NCBI GenBank assembly: GCA_963751665.1
Contig: CAVVVF010000010.1
Span: 42,752 to 106,751, forward strand
From: an uncultured Actinomycetes bacterium
Lineage (GTDB): Bacteria; Actinomycetota; UBA4738; HRBIN12
Direction: 5' to 3'
DNA: 64,000 bases
In this document: positions 1-12,604 of the stretch, one piece after another
How positions within the stretch are numbered: position 1 is the stretch's first letter
How the letters are laid out: the number at the start of each line of letters is the position of its first letter
The notes under the pieces: generated by a model
What the model saw: only the letters and a program-made list of their open reading frames with translations
Told to the model about the DNA's origin: nothing
Database searches by the model: none
Program-made: the position numbers and the translations under genes

Positions 1-376
1 CGGCCTGTTCCTGCTCATGACCCCGGAGCAGCGCGAGTTGTTCTCGAGGATGCAGTCGCTGATGTCGTTGCTCGAGGGCCACGCGTCCTACGTGATGAAC
101 TCGGTGGCCGTCGGCCGGGTCCGCGACCTGGAGCGGATGCGGCGGAGCCTCAAGGACCGGCGGCGTCCGGGCGGGATGGAGCGCACGTTCCAACGTGCTA
201 TCGGGTTCGAGTACAAGGTCCGCCAGTACGACGCGGGCGAGTTCTTCGTTCGCTCGGCCATCGAGGGTGCGGGGATCGAGGGGTTCAATCTCGTGTGGCA
301 GCGGGAGGAGAACCTGCCGTCGCTGGAGGAGGTCGCGAACCCCCAGCTCTGGCTGGCCAGGGTGGCCGGGAGCTGA
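1..376 (+). CDS. zinc-dependent metalloprotease-like protein (DUF2342 family), C-terminal part; the 5' end lies outside the window
   Basis: ORF 17..376 stays open to base 1. It carries the LLEGHASYVMN segment and sits just upstream of tilS, as is typical in actinobacteria. Its stop overlaps the tilS start (TGATG at 374..378). Confidence 0.55.
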   Translation, partial: GLFLLMTPEQRELFSRMQSLMSLLEGHASYVMNSVAVGRVRDLERMRRSLKDRRRPGGMERTFQRAIGFEYKVRQYDAGEFFVRSAIEGAGIEGFNLVWQREENLPSLEEVANPQLWLARVAGS

Positions 377-1376
377 TGTCCCGGCCGCCGGCGGTGGCCC
401 GCGTGCTGGAGCGGGTCACGGCCACGGCGCGCCGCTACGAGATGTTCCTGCCGGGCCAGACGGTGCTCGTCGTCGGTTTCGGGCGGGCCCGACTCCGTGT
501 GTCTCCTGTACTCGCTGCACGGTCTGCGTCGGCTGCTCCGAGTCAAGCTCGAGGTGTTCCATCTCGACCACAGGATCCGCCGGGACTCGGGCAAGGACGC
601 GGAGTACGTCCGGCGACTGGCGGGCCGGTTGAAGCTTCCCTTCCATCCGCGCATCTGCGAGTTCGAACCGAAGACTGGGGGAGTCGATCGAGGCGTGGGG
701 GCGCGCCATGCGCATGTACTACTCCGCCGAGGTCCGGCGCGAGACGGGGGCCGAGCGCCTGGCCGAGGGCCACACCATGGACGATCAGGCCGAGACCGTG
801 CTGATCGCCCTCATCCGGGGCGGTGGGCTCGACGCGCTGGGGGGATCGAGCCGGCCCTCGGAGGCGAGGTCCAGCCGTTGATCGACGTCAGGCGGACCGA
901 GGTGGAGGCCTTCTGCCGCGCGCTCCGGCTGCGGCCTCGTCGTGATCCCACGAACCAGGACACCAGGCTTCTCCGGAATGCCGTTCGGTTGAAGGTCCTT
1001 CCGGCGATCGAGCGCTCGGTGGGGCGTGAGGTCCGCGCCACCCTGGCCCGCACGGCGGACACCATCCGCCAGGACGAGCACTTCCTGAAGCGGCAGGCCT
1101 TTGAAGCGAGCCGAGGAGCTGGTGGAGGAGCAACCCGGCGGGTTCGGGATCGACGCGGTGGGGTTGCTCACCGTGCCGCGGCCGATCGCCGCTCGGGTGG
1201 TCCGCGACCTCCTGTACCGCCTGAAGGCGGCGCCGACCCAGGAAGCGATCGAGGCGGTGCTGGACCTCGCGGCGGGGCGGCCCGGCCGGCGGCGCGACCT
1301 GGCCGGTGGATTGGTGGCCTCGCGGGACAGGGAGTATGTTTCCCTCTCTCGCACTTCCCCCGAGAGCCGGGCGTGA
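376..1376 (+). CDS. tilS: tRNA(Ile)-lysidine synthase TilS; the reading frame is broken about 4 times
   Basis: PP-loop [12 protein letters not shown] appears only after a 1-nt shift near 481. [36 protein letters not shown] and the C-terminal domain (ORF 1101..1376) lie in three frames, with switches near 481, 678, 843 and 1098. Confidence 0.8.
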
Positions 1377-1387
1377 AGGGGGGCGAG

Positions 1388-2011
1388 ATGGAAGGTTATG
1401 TCGCGCTGACCGACCAGAAGGACACAGCAACGACTTCTCCTATGGCCGAGCCGTTCGCTGAGGCATACGACGGCGACATCGACAAGGTGTTGGTCACCAA
1501 CGAACAGCTCCAGGCCAAGCTCCGGGAGCTCGGGGAACAGATCACCAAGGATTACGAGGGCCGTGACCTACTGCTTGTGGCCGTGCTGAAGGGCGCGTTC
1601 ATGGTCATGGCGGACCTGGCGAGGCACATCCATCTGCCGGTCGACTTCGACTTCATGGCCGTCGCCTCGTACGGGGCGGCCACGCAGACGTCCGGGGTCG
1701 TCCGGATCCTGAAGGACCTGGACCGCGACATCGAGGGCCGCCACGTCCTGCTCGTCGAGGACATCGTGGACTCCGGGCTCACCCTGAACTACCTGCTCAA
1801 GAACCTCCGGGGCCGCCGTCCGGCGACCTTGGAGGTCTGCGCCCTGCTGCAGAAGAGGGGCATCCAGCGGGTGGCCCTGGACCTACGGTACATCGGGTTC
1901 GAGATCCCCCCGGACTTCGTGGTCGGCTACGGCCTGGACTACGCGGAGAAGTTCCGCAACCTCCCCTACATCGCCACGCTGAAACCCGAGGCCTACACCG
2001 ACCCGGCATGA
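1388..2011 (+). CDS. hpt: hypoxanthine phosphoribosyltransferase
   Basis: This is the tail of ORF 497..2011. It has the PRPP-binding loop [14 protein letters not shown] and [16 protein letters not shown]. The ATG at 1388 has an AAGGGGGG RBS; an alternative ATG lies at 1442. Confidence 0.9.
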   Translation: MEGYVALTDQKDTATTSPMAEPFAEAYDGDIDKVLVTNEQLQAKLRELGEQITKDYEGRDLLLVAVLKGAFMVMADLARHIHLPVDFDFMAVASYGAATQTSGVVRILKDLDRDIEGRHVLLVEDIVDSGLTLNYLLKNLRGRRPATLEVCALLQKRGIQRVALDLRYIGFEIPPDFVVGYGLDYAEKFRNLPYIATLKPEAYTDPA

Positions 2012-2049
2012 GCCGGAACAGCCGAGGGGAGTCCGGCGTCCAACCCGCC

Positions 2050-2433
2050 ATGAGACGGACGGCGGCGCTCTCGGTCCTGTTCCTCTTCCTCGTGGCCTGC
2101 GCCGGCCGCGCCTCGTCCCCCTCCGGCGACTCCGGGGTCCGCGGCACCGTGCTCCTCGGCCCGACCTGTCCGGTCGAGACGATGGAGAGCCCCTGCCCGG
2201 ACCGGCCATTGGCTGACGTCCAGATCCAGGTGCTGCAGGGGGGCGACGTGGTGGCCACGGTTCGATCGGACGGCGACGGGCGGTTCACGGTGGCCCTCGA
2301 ACCCGGCGACTACGTGCTGCAAGCGGTGGTCGAGCAGGGCGGGCCGGGGATGTCCGCCAAGCCCGTGGATGTGACCGTTACGAGCGGTGCGTTCGTCGAG
2401 GTCAACGTCCCCGTCGACAGCGGCATCCGGTAG
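2050..2433 (+). CDS. small secreted lipoprotein (carboxypeptidase-regulatory-like beta domain)
   Basis: ORF 2008..2433 has an internal MRRTAALSVLFLFLVAC lipobox signal followed by a beta-rich domain. Confidence 0.6.
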   Translation: MRRTAALSVLFLFLVACAGRASSPSGDSGVRGTVLLGPTCPVETMESPCPDRPLADVQIQVLQGGDVVATVRSDGDGRFTVALEPGDYVLQAVVEQGGPGMSAKPVDVTVTSGAFVEVNVPVDSGIR

Positions 2434-2612
2434 CGCAACACCGCTCGCGAGGCATCGGCCGAACAACACCCCTGTGCTACCATCGCCTCGGGCTCAGAGC
2501 GCGGGTCGATCGCGCGGGGCCCCAAGTTTTCTGCAGGCCGGAACGCCGGAACGAAAGGAGCGCCTCCCTGCCGCCCGAGTCCCCCTATCGCCGGATCCTC
2601 CGGGGACCCGCC

Positions 2613-4487
2613 GTGTACATCCTGCTCGTCCTGTTCGGGCTGTGGGTGTTCGTGCTCTTCGCCAACCGGGAGCCCCCGGGCCAGAGCCTCAACTTCAGCG
2701 GGTTCCAGTCGCTCGTGAGCGACGACCGGGTCAAGACCGCGACATTCCTCGAGGGGGACCAGAAGATCAAGGGTCAGCTCTCCGACGGCACCACCTACGA
2801 GGTGGCCTACCCAGCCGCGGTCCAGGAGAAGCTGACCGAGGAGCTCCAGTCCAAGGGGGTCGTGGTCGCGGTCGATCCACAGAAGGGCTCCGCCATCCTG
2901 TCCTTCCTGTTCCAGCTGATCCCGGTGGTGCTGATCATCGGGGCCTTCATCTGGATCATGAACCAGTCCCAGGGTGCCGGCGGGGGCCGGGTCATGCAGT
3001 TCGGCAAGTCCCGGGCCAAGGTCGTGTCCAAGGACCAGCCGAAGACCACGTTCACCGACGTGGCCGGCGTGGACGAGGCCATCGAGGAGCTCCAGGAGGT
3101 GAAGGAGTACCTCCAAAACCCGGCCAAGTTCCAGGCCATGGGGGCGAAGATCCCTCGCGGCGTGCTGCTGTTCGGCCCGCCGGGGACGGGGAAGACACTG
3201 CTGGCCCGGGCCGTGGCCGGTGAGGCCGGGGTCCCGTTCTACTCGATCTCCGGTTCGGACTTCGTTGAGATGTTCGTGGGCGTCGGCGCCGCTCGCGTGC
3301 GCGACCTGTTCGAGCAGGCCAAGACCAACGCGCCGGCCATCGTATTCATCGACGAGATCGACGCCGTGGGGCGCCACCGAGGCGCCGGCCTCGGTGGCGG
3401 CCACGACGAGCGCGAGCAGACCCTGAACCAGCTGCTCGTCGAGATGGACGGGTTCGACCAGCGGACCGCGGTGATCCTGATGGCGGCGACCAACCGCCCC
3501 GACATCCTGGACCCGGCGCTCCTTCGGCCCGGGCGGTTCGACCGGCACGTGGTCATCGACCGGCCCGACCTCGAGGGTCGCAAGGGCATCCTCAAGGTCC
3601 ACGCCAAGGGGAAGCCCTTCGACGAGACCGTGGCCCTCGACACCGTGGCCAAGCGGACCCCCGGGTTCACCGGGGCGGACCTGGCCAACGTGATCAACGA
3701 GTCGGCGCTCCTCGCGGCTCGGTGGGGCAGGAAGGCCATCGGGATGCGCGAGGTGGACGAGGCCATCGACCGGGTGATGGCCGGCCCCGAGCGCAAGAGC
3801 CGGCTCATGAGCGACCGGGAGAAGCGCGTGATCGCCTACCACGAGTCGGGGCACGCCCTCGCTGCCCACGTCCTTCCGAACACGGACCCGGTGCACAAGA
3901 TCTCGGTCATCGCCAGGGGACGGGCCCTCGGCTACACGCTCACCCTCCCCGAGGAGGACAAGTTCCTCCTGACCCGGGAGGAGCTGTCCGACGAGCTGGC
4001 CATGCTGCTCGGCGGACGCGTGGCGGAGGAACTGATCGTGGGCGACATCACGACCGGTGCCGCGAACGACCTCGAGCGGGCCACGAAGATCGCGCGCCAG
4101 ATGGTGACCGAGTACGGCATGTCGGACACGATCGGCCCGCTGACGCTGGGACAGAAGCAGCACGAGGTGTTCCTCGGCCGGGACTTCACGACGCAGCCCG
4201 ACTACTCGGAACAGGTGGCGTTCGAGATCGACAACGAGGTCCGGAGGATGATCGACCAGGCGCACGACGAGGCCCTGGAGATCCTCCAGGAGTATCGGTC
4301 GAAGCTGGACCAGATGGCGGCACTCCTGATCGAGCGGGAGACGATCGACAAGGAGGAGGTCGAGCGGCTCCTGACCGACGTGACGAAGCGAGCGCAGCGG
4401 GACCAGGCCGTGCGCGGCGCGGGGCTCGCGGTGTCCCGCCGAGCGGTCCGGGCGCAGAGGGAGCAGGGACCGAAGCCGCTCGGCTAG
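2613..4487 (+). CDS. ftsH: ATP-dependent zinc metalloprotease FtsH
   Basis: It has an N-terminal TM segment, Walker A GPPGTGKT, an AAA module and the HESGH zinc site. The true start may be a little upstream, after the AAAGGAG at 2554. Confidence 0.95.
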   Translation: MYILLVLFGLWVFVLFANREPPGQSLNFSGFQSLVSDDRVKTATFLEGDQKIKGQLSDGTTYEVAYPAAVQEKLTEELQSKGVVVAVDPQKGSAILSFLFQLIPVVLIIGAFIWIMNQSQGAGGGRVMQFGKSRAKVVSKDQPKTTFTDVAGVDEAIEELQEVKEYLQNPAKFQAMGAKIPRGVLLFGPPGTGKTLLARAVAGEAGVPFYSISGSDFVEMFVGVGAARVRDLFEQAKTNAPAIVFIDEIDAVGRHRGAGLGGGHDEREQTLNQLLVEMDGFDQRTAVILMAATNRPDILDPALLRPGRFDRHVVIDRPDLEGRKGILKVHAKGKPFDETVALDTVAKRTPGFTGADLANVINESALLAARWGRKAIGMREVDEAIDRVMAGPERKSRLMSDREKRVIAYHESGHALAAHVLPNTDPVHKISVIARGRALGYTLTLPEEDKFLLTREELSDELAMLLGGRVAEELIVGDITTGAANDLERATKIARQMVTEYGMSDTIGPLTLGQKQHEVFLGRDFTTQPDYSEQVAFEIDNEVRRMIDQAHDEALEILQEYRSKLDQMAALLIERETIDKEEVERLLTDVTKRAQRDQAVRGAGLAVSRRAVRAQREQGPKPLG

Positions 4488-4544
4488 TCGCGGTCCGGTG
4501 GTCGATGCGGCGGGTGGTCCGGCACGCCTCTACACTTCGTCGAC

Positions 4545-5210
4545 GTGAGCGATCCGCGGTGGGCCACGTTCGACTGCTACGGCACGTTGATCGACTGGAT
4601 GTCGGGCATCCGCGACACGTTGTCGGAGCTGTGGCCCGAGCGCGACGCGGAATTGCTCCTCGGCGCGTACCACGAGATCGAGCCCGAGGTGCAGCGGGGC
4701 CGGTCGATCCCGTACCGGCAGGTGCTCACCGAGGCGCTGGAGCGGCTGGCCCGCCGGGAGGGACTGCACCTCGAGGAGGACGACCGGGCCGCGCTCGCGG
4801 ACTCGCTTCCGGCGTGGCCGCCCTTCCCGGAGGTGCCGAAGGCGCTCGCTGCGCTGCGGGAGCGTGGATGGAGACTGGCCATCCTGTCGAACACCGACCC
4901 CAACATGCTCGACGCCTCGCTGTCGCTGATCGGCGTCCCCGTCGACCTCCGCATCACCGCGGCCCAGGCCGGCTCGTACAAGCCGGCCTACGGTCACTGG
5001 GAACGGTTCTTCGAGGAGACGAAAGCGGATCGCTTCCGGCATGCGCACGTCGCGGCGTCTCTGTTCCACGACATCGCGCCGTGCCGGGACCTCGGCGTGA
5101 CGGCCGTATGGATCAACCGGCTCGGCGAGCGCTCCGAGCTTCCGCGGGCCGCCGAGCTCCCGGACCTTGCCGACCTGCCCGACACGTTGGACCGCCTGGT
5201 GCCCGGGTAG
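4545..5210 (+). CDS. HAD-superfamily hydrolase (haloacid dehalogenase type II-like)
   Basis: [10 protein letters not shown] (DxYGT motif I), ILSNTD and SYKP motifs. Confidence 0.8.
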   Translation: MSDPRWATFDCYGTLIDWMSGIRDTLSELWPERDAELLLGAYHEIEPEVQRGRSIPYRQVLTEALERLARREGLHLEEDDRAALADSLPAWPPFPEVPKALAALRERGWRLAILSNTDPNMLDASLSLIGVPVDLRITAAQAGSYKPAYGHWERFFEETKADRFRHAHVAASLFHDIAPCRDLGVTAVWINRLGERSELPRAAELPDLADLPDTLDRLVPG

Positions 5211-5223
5211 AGTTGGGATCGGC

Positions 5224-5796
5224 GTGAACGACGTCGAGCGCAAGAAGATCGAGGAGGGCGTCCGCCTGATCCTGGAGGGGATCGGCGACGACCCCGAGCG
5301 CGCGGGCATCGTAGACACGCCCCGGCGCGTGGCGGAGATGTACGAGGAGATCTTTTCCGGCGTCGGTGTCGATCCCACCCCGGTTGCCAGCATCGTCCCG
5401 GGCGCCAACTTTGACGAGATGATCATGGTCAAGGACATTCCTCTGCAATCTCTCTGTGAACATCATTTGCTGCCTTTCAACGGGAAGGCCCACGTCGCTT
5501 ACATCCCGAACAAGGACGGGCGGATCACCGGGCTGTCGAAGATCGCGCGGGTGGTCGACATCCTGTCCAAGCGGCCGCAGGTCCAGGAACGGCTGACCAC
5601 CGAGATCGCCGACACGATCGACGAAGCGCTGAAGCCACGAGGGGTGTTCGTGATGATCGAGGCCGAGCACCTGTGCATGACCATGCGCGGCGTGAAGAAG
5701 CCCGGGTCGCTCACGGTGACGTCGGCGGTGCGGGGACTGTTCCGAAGCGACGCCCGTACCCGCCAGGAGGCCCTCAGCCACATCGAACGAGGCTGA
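5224..5796 (+). CDS. folE: GTP cyclohydrolase I
   Basis: [20 protein letters not shown] and the [11 protein letters not shown] motif. The GTG at 5224 lies inside ORF 5167..5796. Confidence 0.9.
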   Translation: MNDVERKKIEEGVRLILEGIGDDPERAGIVDTPRRVAEMYEEIFSGVGVDPTPVASIVPGANFDEMIMVKDIPLQSLCEHHLLPFNGKAHVAYIPNKDGRITGLSKIARVVDILSKRPQVQERLTTEIADTIDEALKPRGVFVMIEAEHLCMTMRGVKKPGSLTVTSAVRGLFRSDARTRQEALSHIERG

Positions 5797-5851
5797 GGCC
5801 CAAAAACTTTTCGGAACCGCGTTCACATCTCGGTCGGTCTGTGCTCCTGTA

Positions 5852-6336
5852 ATGAGGAGGGTGCGAGACGCGCCGGCGGGCGTGCGCCGACACGAGGAGA
5901 TCGAGCGCCTGTACCGGGAGCAGGGGAGCCGGATGTGGCGCGCGCTGCTCGCGTTCACCGCCGACCCGGAGGTGGCCAGCGACGCGGTGGCCGAGGCGTT
6001 CGCCCAGGCCCTGAGACGGGGCGGTGAGATCCGCGACCCGGAGCGATGGGTGTGGCGGGCGGCCTTCCGGATCGCGGCGGGCGCGTTGAAGGAGCGTCGG
6101 CGCGAGGCGCCGGGGGTCGAGGAGGAGGGATCGTACGAGATGGAGGAGCCGGCCCGGGAGCTGGTCGCGGCCCTGGCGAAGCTCTCGGCGAAGCAGCGGA
6201 CCGCGGTGGTGCTCCACCACGCCACGGGGTACCCGGTGAACGATGTCGCCCACCTCATCGGCTCGACCTCTGCGGCCGTCCGGGTGCACCTGATGCGCGG
6301 ACGCCGGCGCCTGCGCGAGCTCCTGGGAGACGAGGG

Positions 6337-6340
<4 letters not shown>
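5852..6340 (+). CDS. ECF-type RNA polymerase sigma factor
   Basis: Region 2-like (AEAFAQAL...RWVWRAAFRIA) and region 4 HTH (LSAKQRTAVVLHHATGYPVNDVAHLIGSTSAAVRVHLMRGRRRL). Confidence 0.8.
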
Positions 6341-8118
<1,778 letters not shown>

Positions 8119-8160
8119 ATCGTCCCAAAGGGATATCTCGCTTCGGGCTAGCATGGTGAC

Positions 8161-9009
8161 GTGGGCCGCGAACCCATCTGGCGCGTTGGGGATATCGAGA
8201 TCGACTGCGGCGAGCGGACGCTCGTCATGGGCATCCTGAACGTCACGCCCGACTCGTTCTCCGACGGAGGCCAGTACCTTGATCCCGGCGCGGCGGTCGC
8301 CCGGGGGATCGAGATGATCGACGAGGGCGCCGACATCGTCGATGTCGGCGGGGAGTCCACCCGGCCGGGGTCCGATCTCGTTTCCTCGGACGAGGAGCGC
8401 GACCGCGTCGTCCCCGTGGTCGAGACGCTCGCCGCGAAGGTGACCGTCCCCATCTCGGTCGACACGCGGAAGCCGGCCGTGGCCAGGGCCGCGCTCGAAG
8501 CCGGCGCCGTGATCGTGAACGACATCTCGGGGGCCAGGGACCCGGAGATGTTCGACGTGGCCCGGGAGGCGGGCGCCGGCATGGTCCTCATGCACATGAA
8601 GGGCGAGCCGAAGAGCATGCAGGTTGCGCCCCACTACGACGACGTGGTGGCCGAGGTCCACGAGTACCTCCGGGAGCGGATCGAAGCCGCCGAGTTCGCC
8701 GGGATCGCGCCCGAGCGACTGTGCGTGGACCCGGGCATCGGGTTCGGCAAGGACCTTCAGCAGAACCTGATGCTGATGCACCACCTGGACGCGCTGCTCG
8801 ACCTGGGCCGGCCGGTGCTGGTCGGCCCGTCGCGCAAGCGGTTCATTGGCGCCCTCCTCGACCTGCCGGAGGACGAGCGGGTCGAGGGAACCGCCGGGGC
8901 GGTGGCCTGGCTCGTCGCCAGGGGCGCTCACATCGTCCGGGTGCATGACGTGAGGGAGATGGTTCGCGTGGTCCGAGTGGTCGACGCCATCGCGCGGGCC
9001 GGACGGTGA
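8161..9009 (+). CDS. folP: dihydropteroate synthase
   Basis: GILNVTPDSFSDGG, DVGGESTRPG and VNDISG motifs. Confidence 0.9.
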   Translation: MGREPIWRVGDIEIDCGERTLVMGILNVTPDSFSDGGQYLDPGAAVARGIEMIDEGADIVDVGGESTRPGSDLVSSDEERDRVVPVVETLAAKVTVPISVDTRKPAVARAALEAGAVIVNDISGARDPEMFDVAREAGAGMVLMHMKGEPKSMQVAPHYDDVVAEVHEYLRERIEAAEFAGIAPERLCVDPGIGFGKDLQQNLMLMHHLDALLDLGRPVLVGPSRKRFIGALLDLPEDERVEGTAGAVAWLVARGAHIVRVHDVREMVRVVRVVDAIARAGR

Positions 9010-9902
9010 TCGACCTCCAGCGCCGCCGGGCCCGGGTGTCCGGGGTCGACATGTCCTTCATCGAGGAGGGCGATCCGGAGAACCCGGCGGTGGTCTTCCT
9101 GCACGGTTTCCCCACGTGGTCGTTCCTGTGGCGGGAGTTCGTGCCGCTGTTCGCCCCGTGGACCCACGTCCTGGCGCCCGACCTGCTGGGTTGCGGGGAC
9201 TCCGGCACGCCGGAGCGGGGCGAGCTGCACATCCGGGCCCAGGCGGGATACGTCCGCGAGCTCCTCGGCCAGCTGGGGGTTGACCGCTTCGCCGTCGTGG
9301 CCCATGGCCACGGCGGCGGGATCGCGCAGCTCCTTGCGTTGGAGGGCGGAGTCGAGGCCATGGTCCTGGTGGACTCCATCGCCTTCGACGCCTGGCCGAG
9401 CGAGGCGACGAAGGCGCTGCAACGGCTGGCCCCGGATGAACAGCGGGAGGACGTGATCCGAGGAGCGTTCGACGCGTTCCTCGATAAGGCGATGGCCAAG
9501 CCCGAGCGACTCACCGATTCCCTCCGGGACGCGTACCTCGCACCGTTCATCGGCCAGGAAGGTGTCCGCGCGTTCTTCCGGGGGATCCATGCGGCCGACG
9601 GTGTTGGGCTCACCGGCAGGGAGGACGAGCTCGCCAACCTGACTTGTCCCACGCTGATCCTGTGGGGGGAGAACGACCCCCACCTCCCGGTGGAGGTGGC
9701 GGAACGGCTGAACGACGCCATCCCGACATCCAGCCTGGCGGTGCTGCCGGGCTGTTCCTACCTCCTGCCGGAGGACGCGCCGGAGACCATCGCGCCTCTC
9801 GCGTTCGACTATCTTCGGTCGAAGTACCTGGGCCGGCCGCACTCGCACGGCGAGCCGGGGGCCGTCTCCATCTCGTTGGAGCGGCGACCGCCCGGCCGAT
9901 AG
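9006..9902 (+). CDS. alpha/beta-fold hydrolase family protein (dehalogenase/epoxide-hydrolase-like)
   Basis: VVFLHGFPTWSFLWR and APDLLGCGDS motifs. The nucleophile elbow reads AHGHGG. GTGA overlap with folP. Confidence 0.8.
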   Translation: MIDLQRRRARVSGVDMSFIEEGDPENPAVVFLHGFPTWSFLWREFVPLFAPWTHVLAPDLLGCGDSGTPERGELHIRAQAGYVRELLGQLGVDRFAVVAHGHGGGIAQLLALEGGVEAMVLVDSIAFDAWPSEATKALQRLAPDEQREDVIRGAFDAFLDKAMAKPERLTDSLRDAYLAPFIGQEGVRAFFRGIHAADGVGLTGREDELANLTCPTLILWGENDPHLPVEVAERLNDAIPTSSLAVLPGCSYLLPEDAPETIAPLAFDYLRSKYLGRPHSHGEPGAVSISLERRPPGR

Positions 9903-9913
9903 AGGAGGCTCGC

Positions 9914-10270
9914 GTGACGACCTCGAGGCTGTTCCTGACGGGCATCACCGCGAGCGGCCGACACGGTGCCAACCCCGGCGAGAAGGACCAGCCGCAGGAC
10001 TTCGTGGTCGACCTCGACGTCGAGGTGGACGTCTCCTCGGACGACATCGCCGCGACGGCCGACTACCGCAAGCTCGTCCAGGCCGCACGGGACGTCGTGG
10101 CCGGCGAGTCCCTCGATCTCCTCGAATCCCTCGCCGGCGAGGTGGCGCGAGCCGTCGCGGGTCTCCCCAGGGTCGTTCGAGCCACCGCCATCGTGCACAA
10201 GCCCGCCGCGGCCCGGTCGAGTGAGATCCAGGGTATCGCCGCCGCGGCCACCGCCGAATCCGGGAGCTGA
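9914..10270 (+). CDS. folB: dihydroneopterin aldolase
   Basis: GTG at 9914 follows an AGGAGG RBS. The protein contains GRHGANPGEKDQPQDFVVDLDV. The gene sits between folP and folK. Confidence 0.85.
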   Translation: MTTSRLFLTGITASGRHGANPGEKDQPQDFVVDLDVEVDVSSDDIAATADYRKLVQAARDVVAGESLDLLESLAGEVARAVAGLPRVVRATAIVHKPAAARSSEIQGIAAAATAESGS

Positions 10271-10280
10271 GTCGCGACGG

Positions 10281-10792
10281 ATGTCAAGAGGACCGGCGCC
10301 TACCTCGGCCTTGGATCCAACCTCGGCGACCGGCTGGCGAACCTCCAGCGGGCGGTGGACCTCCTCGCGGCACGGCCGGGACTGAGCGTCGAGCGATCCT
10401 CGCGGGTCTACGAGACCGATCCGGTCGGCGGCCCTCCTCAGCCCGAGTACCTGAACGCGGTCATCGAGGTCGAGACGAGCCTGTCGCCCCACGAGCTCCT
10501 CGCGGCGTGCATGGACGTGGAACGACGCATGGGCCGAGTTCGGGACGAGCAATGGGGTCCACGGATCATCGACATCGACATCCTGACCTACGATGAGGAA
10601 CAGGTCGACGAACCGGACCTGGTCATCCCCCACCCTCGGATGCACGAGCGAGCCTTCGTGCTCGTTCCGCTGATGGAGTTGGATCCAGACCCGGTGCTTC
10701 CCGGCCGCGGCCGGATCTCCGAACGTCGGCTGGCGCGGAGCACGGTCCTGGGTGTCCGCCCATTCGCCCCGCCGCTCGTGGTTCCGGGCTGA
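10281..10792 (+). CDS. folK: 2-amino-4-hydroxy-6-hydroxymethyldihydropteridine pyrophosphokinase
   Basis: AYLGLGSNLGDR, RIIDIDIL and HPRMHERAFVLVPL motifs. The conserved N-terminus lies upstream of the first in-frame start (10355). It joins the ATG at 10281 only after a 1-nt shift. Confidence 0.85.
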
Positions 10793-10810
10793 CTTGGGAT
10801 ACTCGGCTCG

Positions 10811-11674
10811 ATGGATGTCGCCGTCATCGGTGCGGGTCGCGTGGGCACGGCGCTCGCCGTCCGGCTGCGCGACGCGGGACACCGCATCGTTGCCCTCTCC
10901 GGTCGCGAGGCCACGGCCGATCGCGCGGCTCGCTACCTGCCGGGTGTGCCGATCCACTCCGCAGCAGCTGCAGCGCGCGGGGCGGAGGTCGTGGTCATCG
11001 GCATGCCGGACGACCTGATCGAGCAGACGGCTTCGGCGCTGGCCGACGAGGGCGCCGTCGGCGAGGGCCAGACCGTCGCCCATCTGTCCGGGGCCACCTC
11101 GCTCGACGCCCTCTCGGCGGCGCGGGCCGCCGGTGCCGAGGTCCTGTCCGTTCATCCCCTCCAGACCTTCCCCGACGTGGATGCGGCCCTGGCCCGGATC
11201 CCCGGGAGCGGGATCGCGGTCACGGCCCTCTCCGAGGCCGGGTACCTCCTGGGGGAGCGGCTGGCGCGCGACGTCGGCGGACGCCCCTTCCGCCTTTCCG
11301 ACGAGGCCAAGCCGCTGTATCACGCGGCCGCCGTGTTCGCCTCCAACTACCTGGTCGCCATCACGGCGCTGGCCGACGAGCTGTTCCGCGATGCGGGCCT
11401 GCCCGAGCCCGTCGACCTGTTCCTCCCACTCCAGCGGGCGACGCTGGACAACGTGGCCGCCATGGGGCCGGCCGCGGCCCTCACGGGGCCGGCGGTCCGC
11501 GGCGACGCGGGGACGGTCGCCGCCAACCTCGAGGCCCTGGTGAAGCACGCGCCGGGGGCCCTGCCCGCTTACGTCGCGCTGGCGGACGTGGCGCTGGAGC
11601 TCGCGCACCGCTCGGGACGGCTCTCGAACGAGGCGCGCGCGGCGGTGGAGGAGGTGCTGGACCCGTGGAGGTGA
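10811..11674 (+). CDS. Rossmann-like / DUF2520 domain protein (reductase-like protein found upstream of panC in actinobacteria)
   Basis: VAVIGAGRVG dinucleotide fold, YHAAAVFASNYL and TGPAVRGD motifs. Confidence 0.75.
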   Translation: MDVAVIGAGRVGTALAVRLRDAGHRIVALSGREATADRAARYLPGVPIHSAAAAARGAEVVVIGMPDDLIEQTASALADEGAVGEGQTVAHLSGATSLDALSAARAAGAEVLSVHPLQTFPDVDAALARIPGSGIAVTALSEAGYLLGERLARDVGGRPFRLSDEAKPLYHAAAVFASNYLVAITALADELFRDAGLPEPVDLFLPLQRATLDNVAAMGPAAALTGPAVRGDAGTVAANLEALVKHAPGALPAYVALADVALELAHRSGRLSNEARAAVEEVLDPWR

Positions 11675-12516
11675 TCCGCGCCATCGCCATGGCCCGGAAG
11701 GCCTGCGACGCAGCCCGTTCGGCCGGCCGAACCGTCGGGTTCGTCCCCACGATGGGGGCGTTCCACGACGGCCACCTCTCGCTCATGCGGCGCGCGCGAG
11801 ATGAACGGGACGCCGTCGTCGTGTCGATCTTCGTGAACCCGCTCCAGTTCGGACCGGGTGAGGACCTCTCCCGGTATCCCCGGGACGAGGAGCGGGACCT
11901 GTCGATGGCCAGGGAGCTCGAGGTGGAGGTGGTGTTCGCGCCGAACGTCGAGGAGATGTACCCGGCCGGGCATCAGGAGGTGACCGTGGATCCCGGCCCG
12001 CTGGGCGAGCGGCTGGAAGGGGCCCGCCGCCCTGGCCACTTTCGGGGCGTCGCGACGGTCGTGGCCAAGCTCTTCGACGTGGTCGGCCCGAGCACCGCCT
12101 ACTTCGGGGAGAAGGACGCCCAGCAGCTCGCTGTGGTCCGGCGCATGGTCCGCGACCTCTCGCTTCCCATCGAGGTGGTGGGCTCTCCCACCGTGCGAGA
12201 GCCCGACGGCCTGGCCACGTCGTCGAGGAACGCTTACCTGTCGCCGGAGCAGCGCGAGGCCGCCGGCTGCCTGTTTCTGGCCCTGTCCGAGGCCGCGGAG
12301 ATGGCCCGGGGTGGGGAACGGGACGCCGCCACACTGGTGGCCGCGATGGCCCGGGAGATGGGCGCGACCCCGGAGGCCCGGATCGACTACGCGGCCGTGG
12401 TGGACGAGGAGACCTTCGAGGAGGTCGGGACGATCACCGGCCCGGCCCGGGCGCTGGTCGCCGCGCGATTCGGCGAGACCCGGCTGATCGACAACCTCCT
12501 GCTCCCGGGGTCCTGA
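11665..12516 (+). CDS. panC: pantoate--beta-alanine ligase
   Basis: PTMGAFHDGHLSLM, FVNPLQFGPGED and GEKDAQQL motifs. Confidence 0.9.
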   Translation: MEVIRAIAMARKACDAARSAGRTVGFVPTMGAFHDGHLSLMRRARDERDAVVVSIFVNPLQFGPGEDLSRYPRDEERDLSMARELEVEVVFAPNVEEMYPAGHQEVTVDPGPLGERLEGARRPGHFRGVATVVAKLFDVVGPSTAYFGEKDAQQLAVVRRMVRDLSLPIEVVGSPTVREPDGLATSSRNAYLSPEQREAAGCLFLALSEAAEMARGGERDAATLVAAMAREMGATPEARIDYAAVVDEETFEEVGTITGPARALVAARFGETRLIDNLLLPGS

Positions 12517-12604
12517 ACGGGTTCCTGAACCGGCCACCCCGAAGCGTGCCAGGGGTCCACCCGGTGGGCGAGAATGGCGCCGGCTCACGGGAGGTGGCGC
12601 GCGC

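Noticed and set aside
376-1376. Calling tilS, clpC, ispD, ispF, acs and moaA true pseudogenes
   Set aside because: Several of these genes are essential. All their fragments keep intact motifs, and the breaks I checked sit mostly in G/C runs. Sequencing or assembly error is the simpler explanation, although I cannot prove it without reads.
2310-4265. 651-aa ORF on the minus strand
   Set aside because: It lies antisense to ftsH. Its composition is Arg/Pro/Gly/His-rich with no motifs. It is a typical shadow ORF of a high-GC gene.
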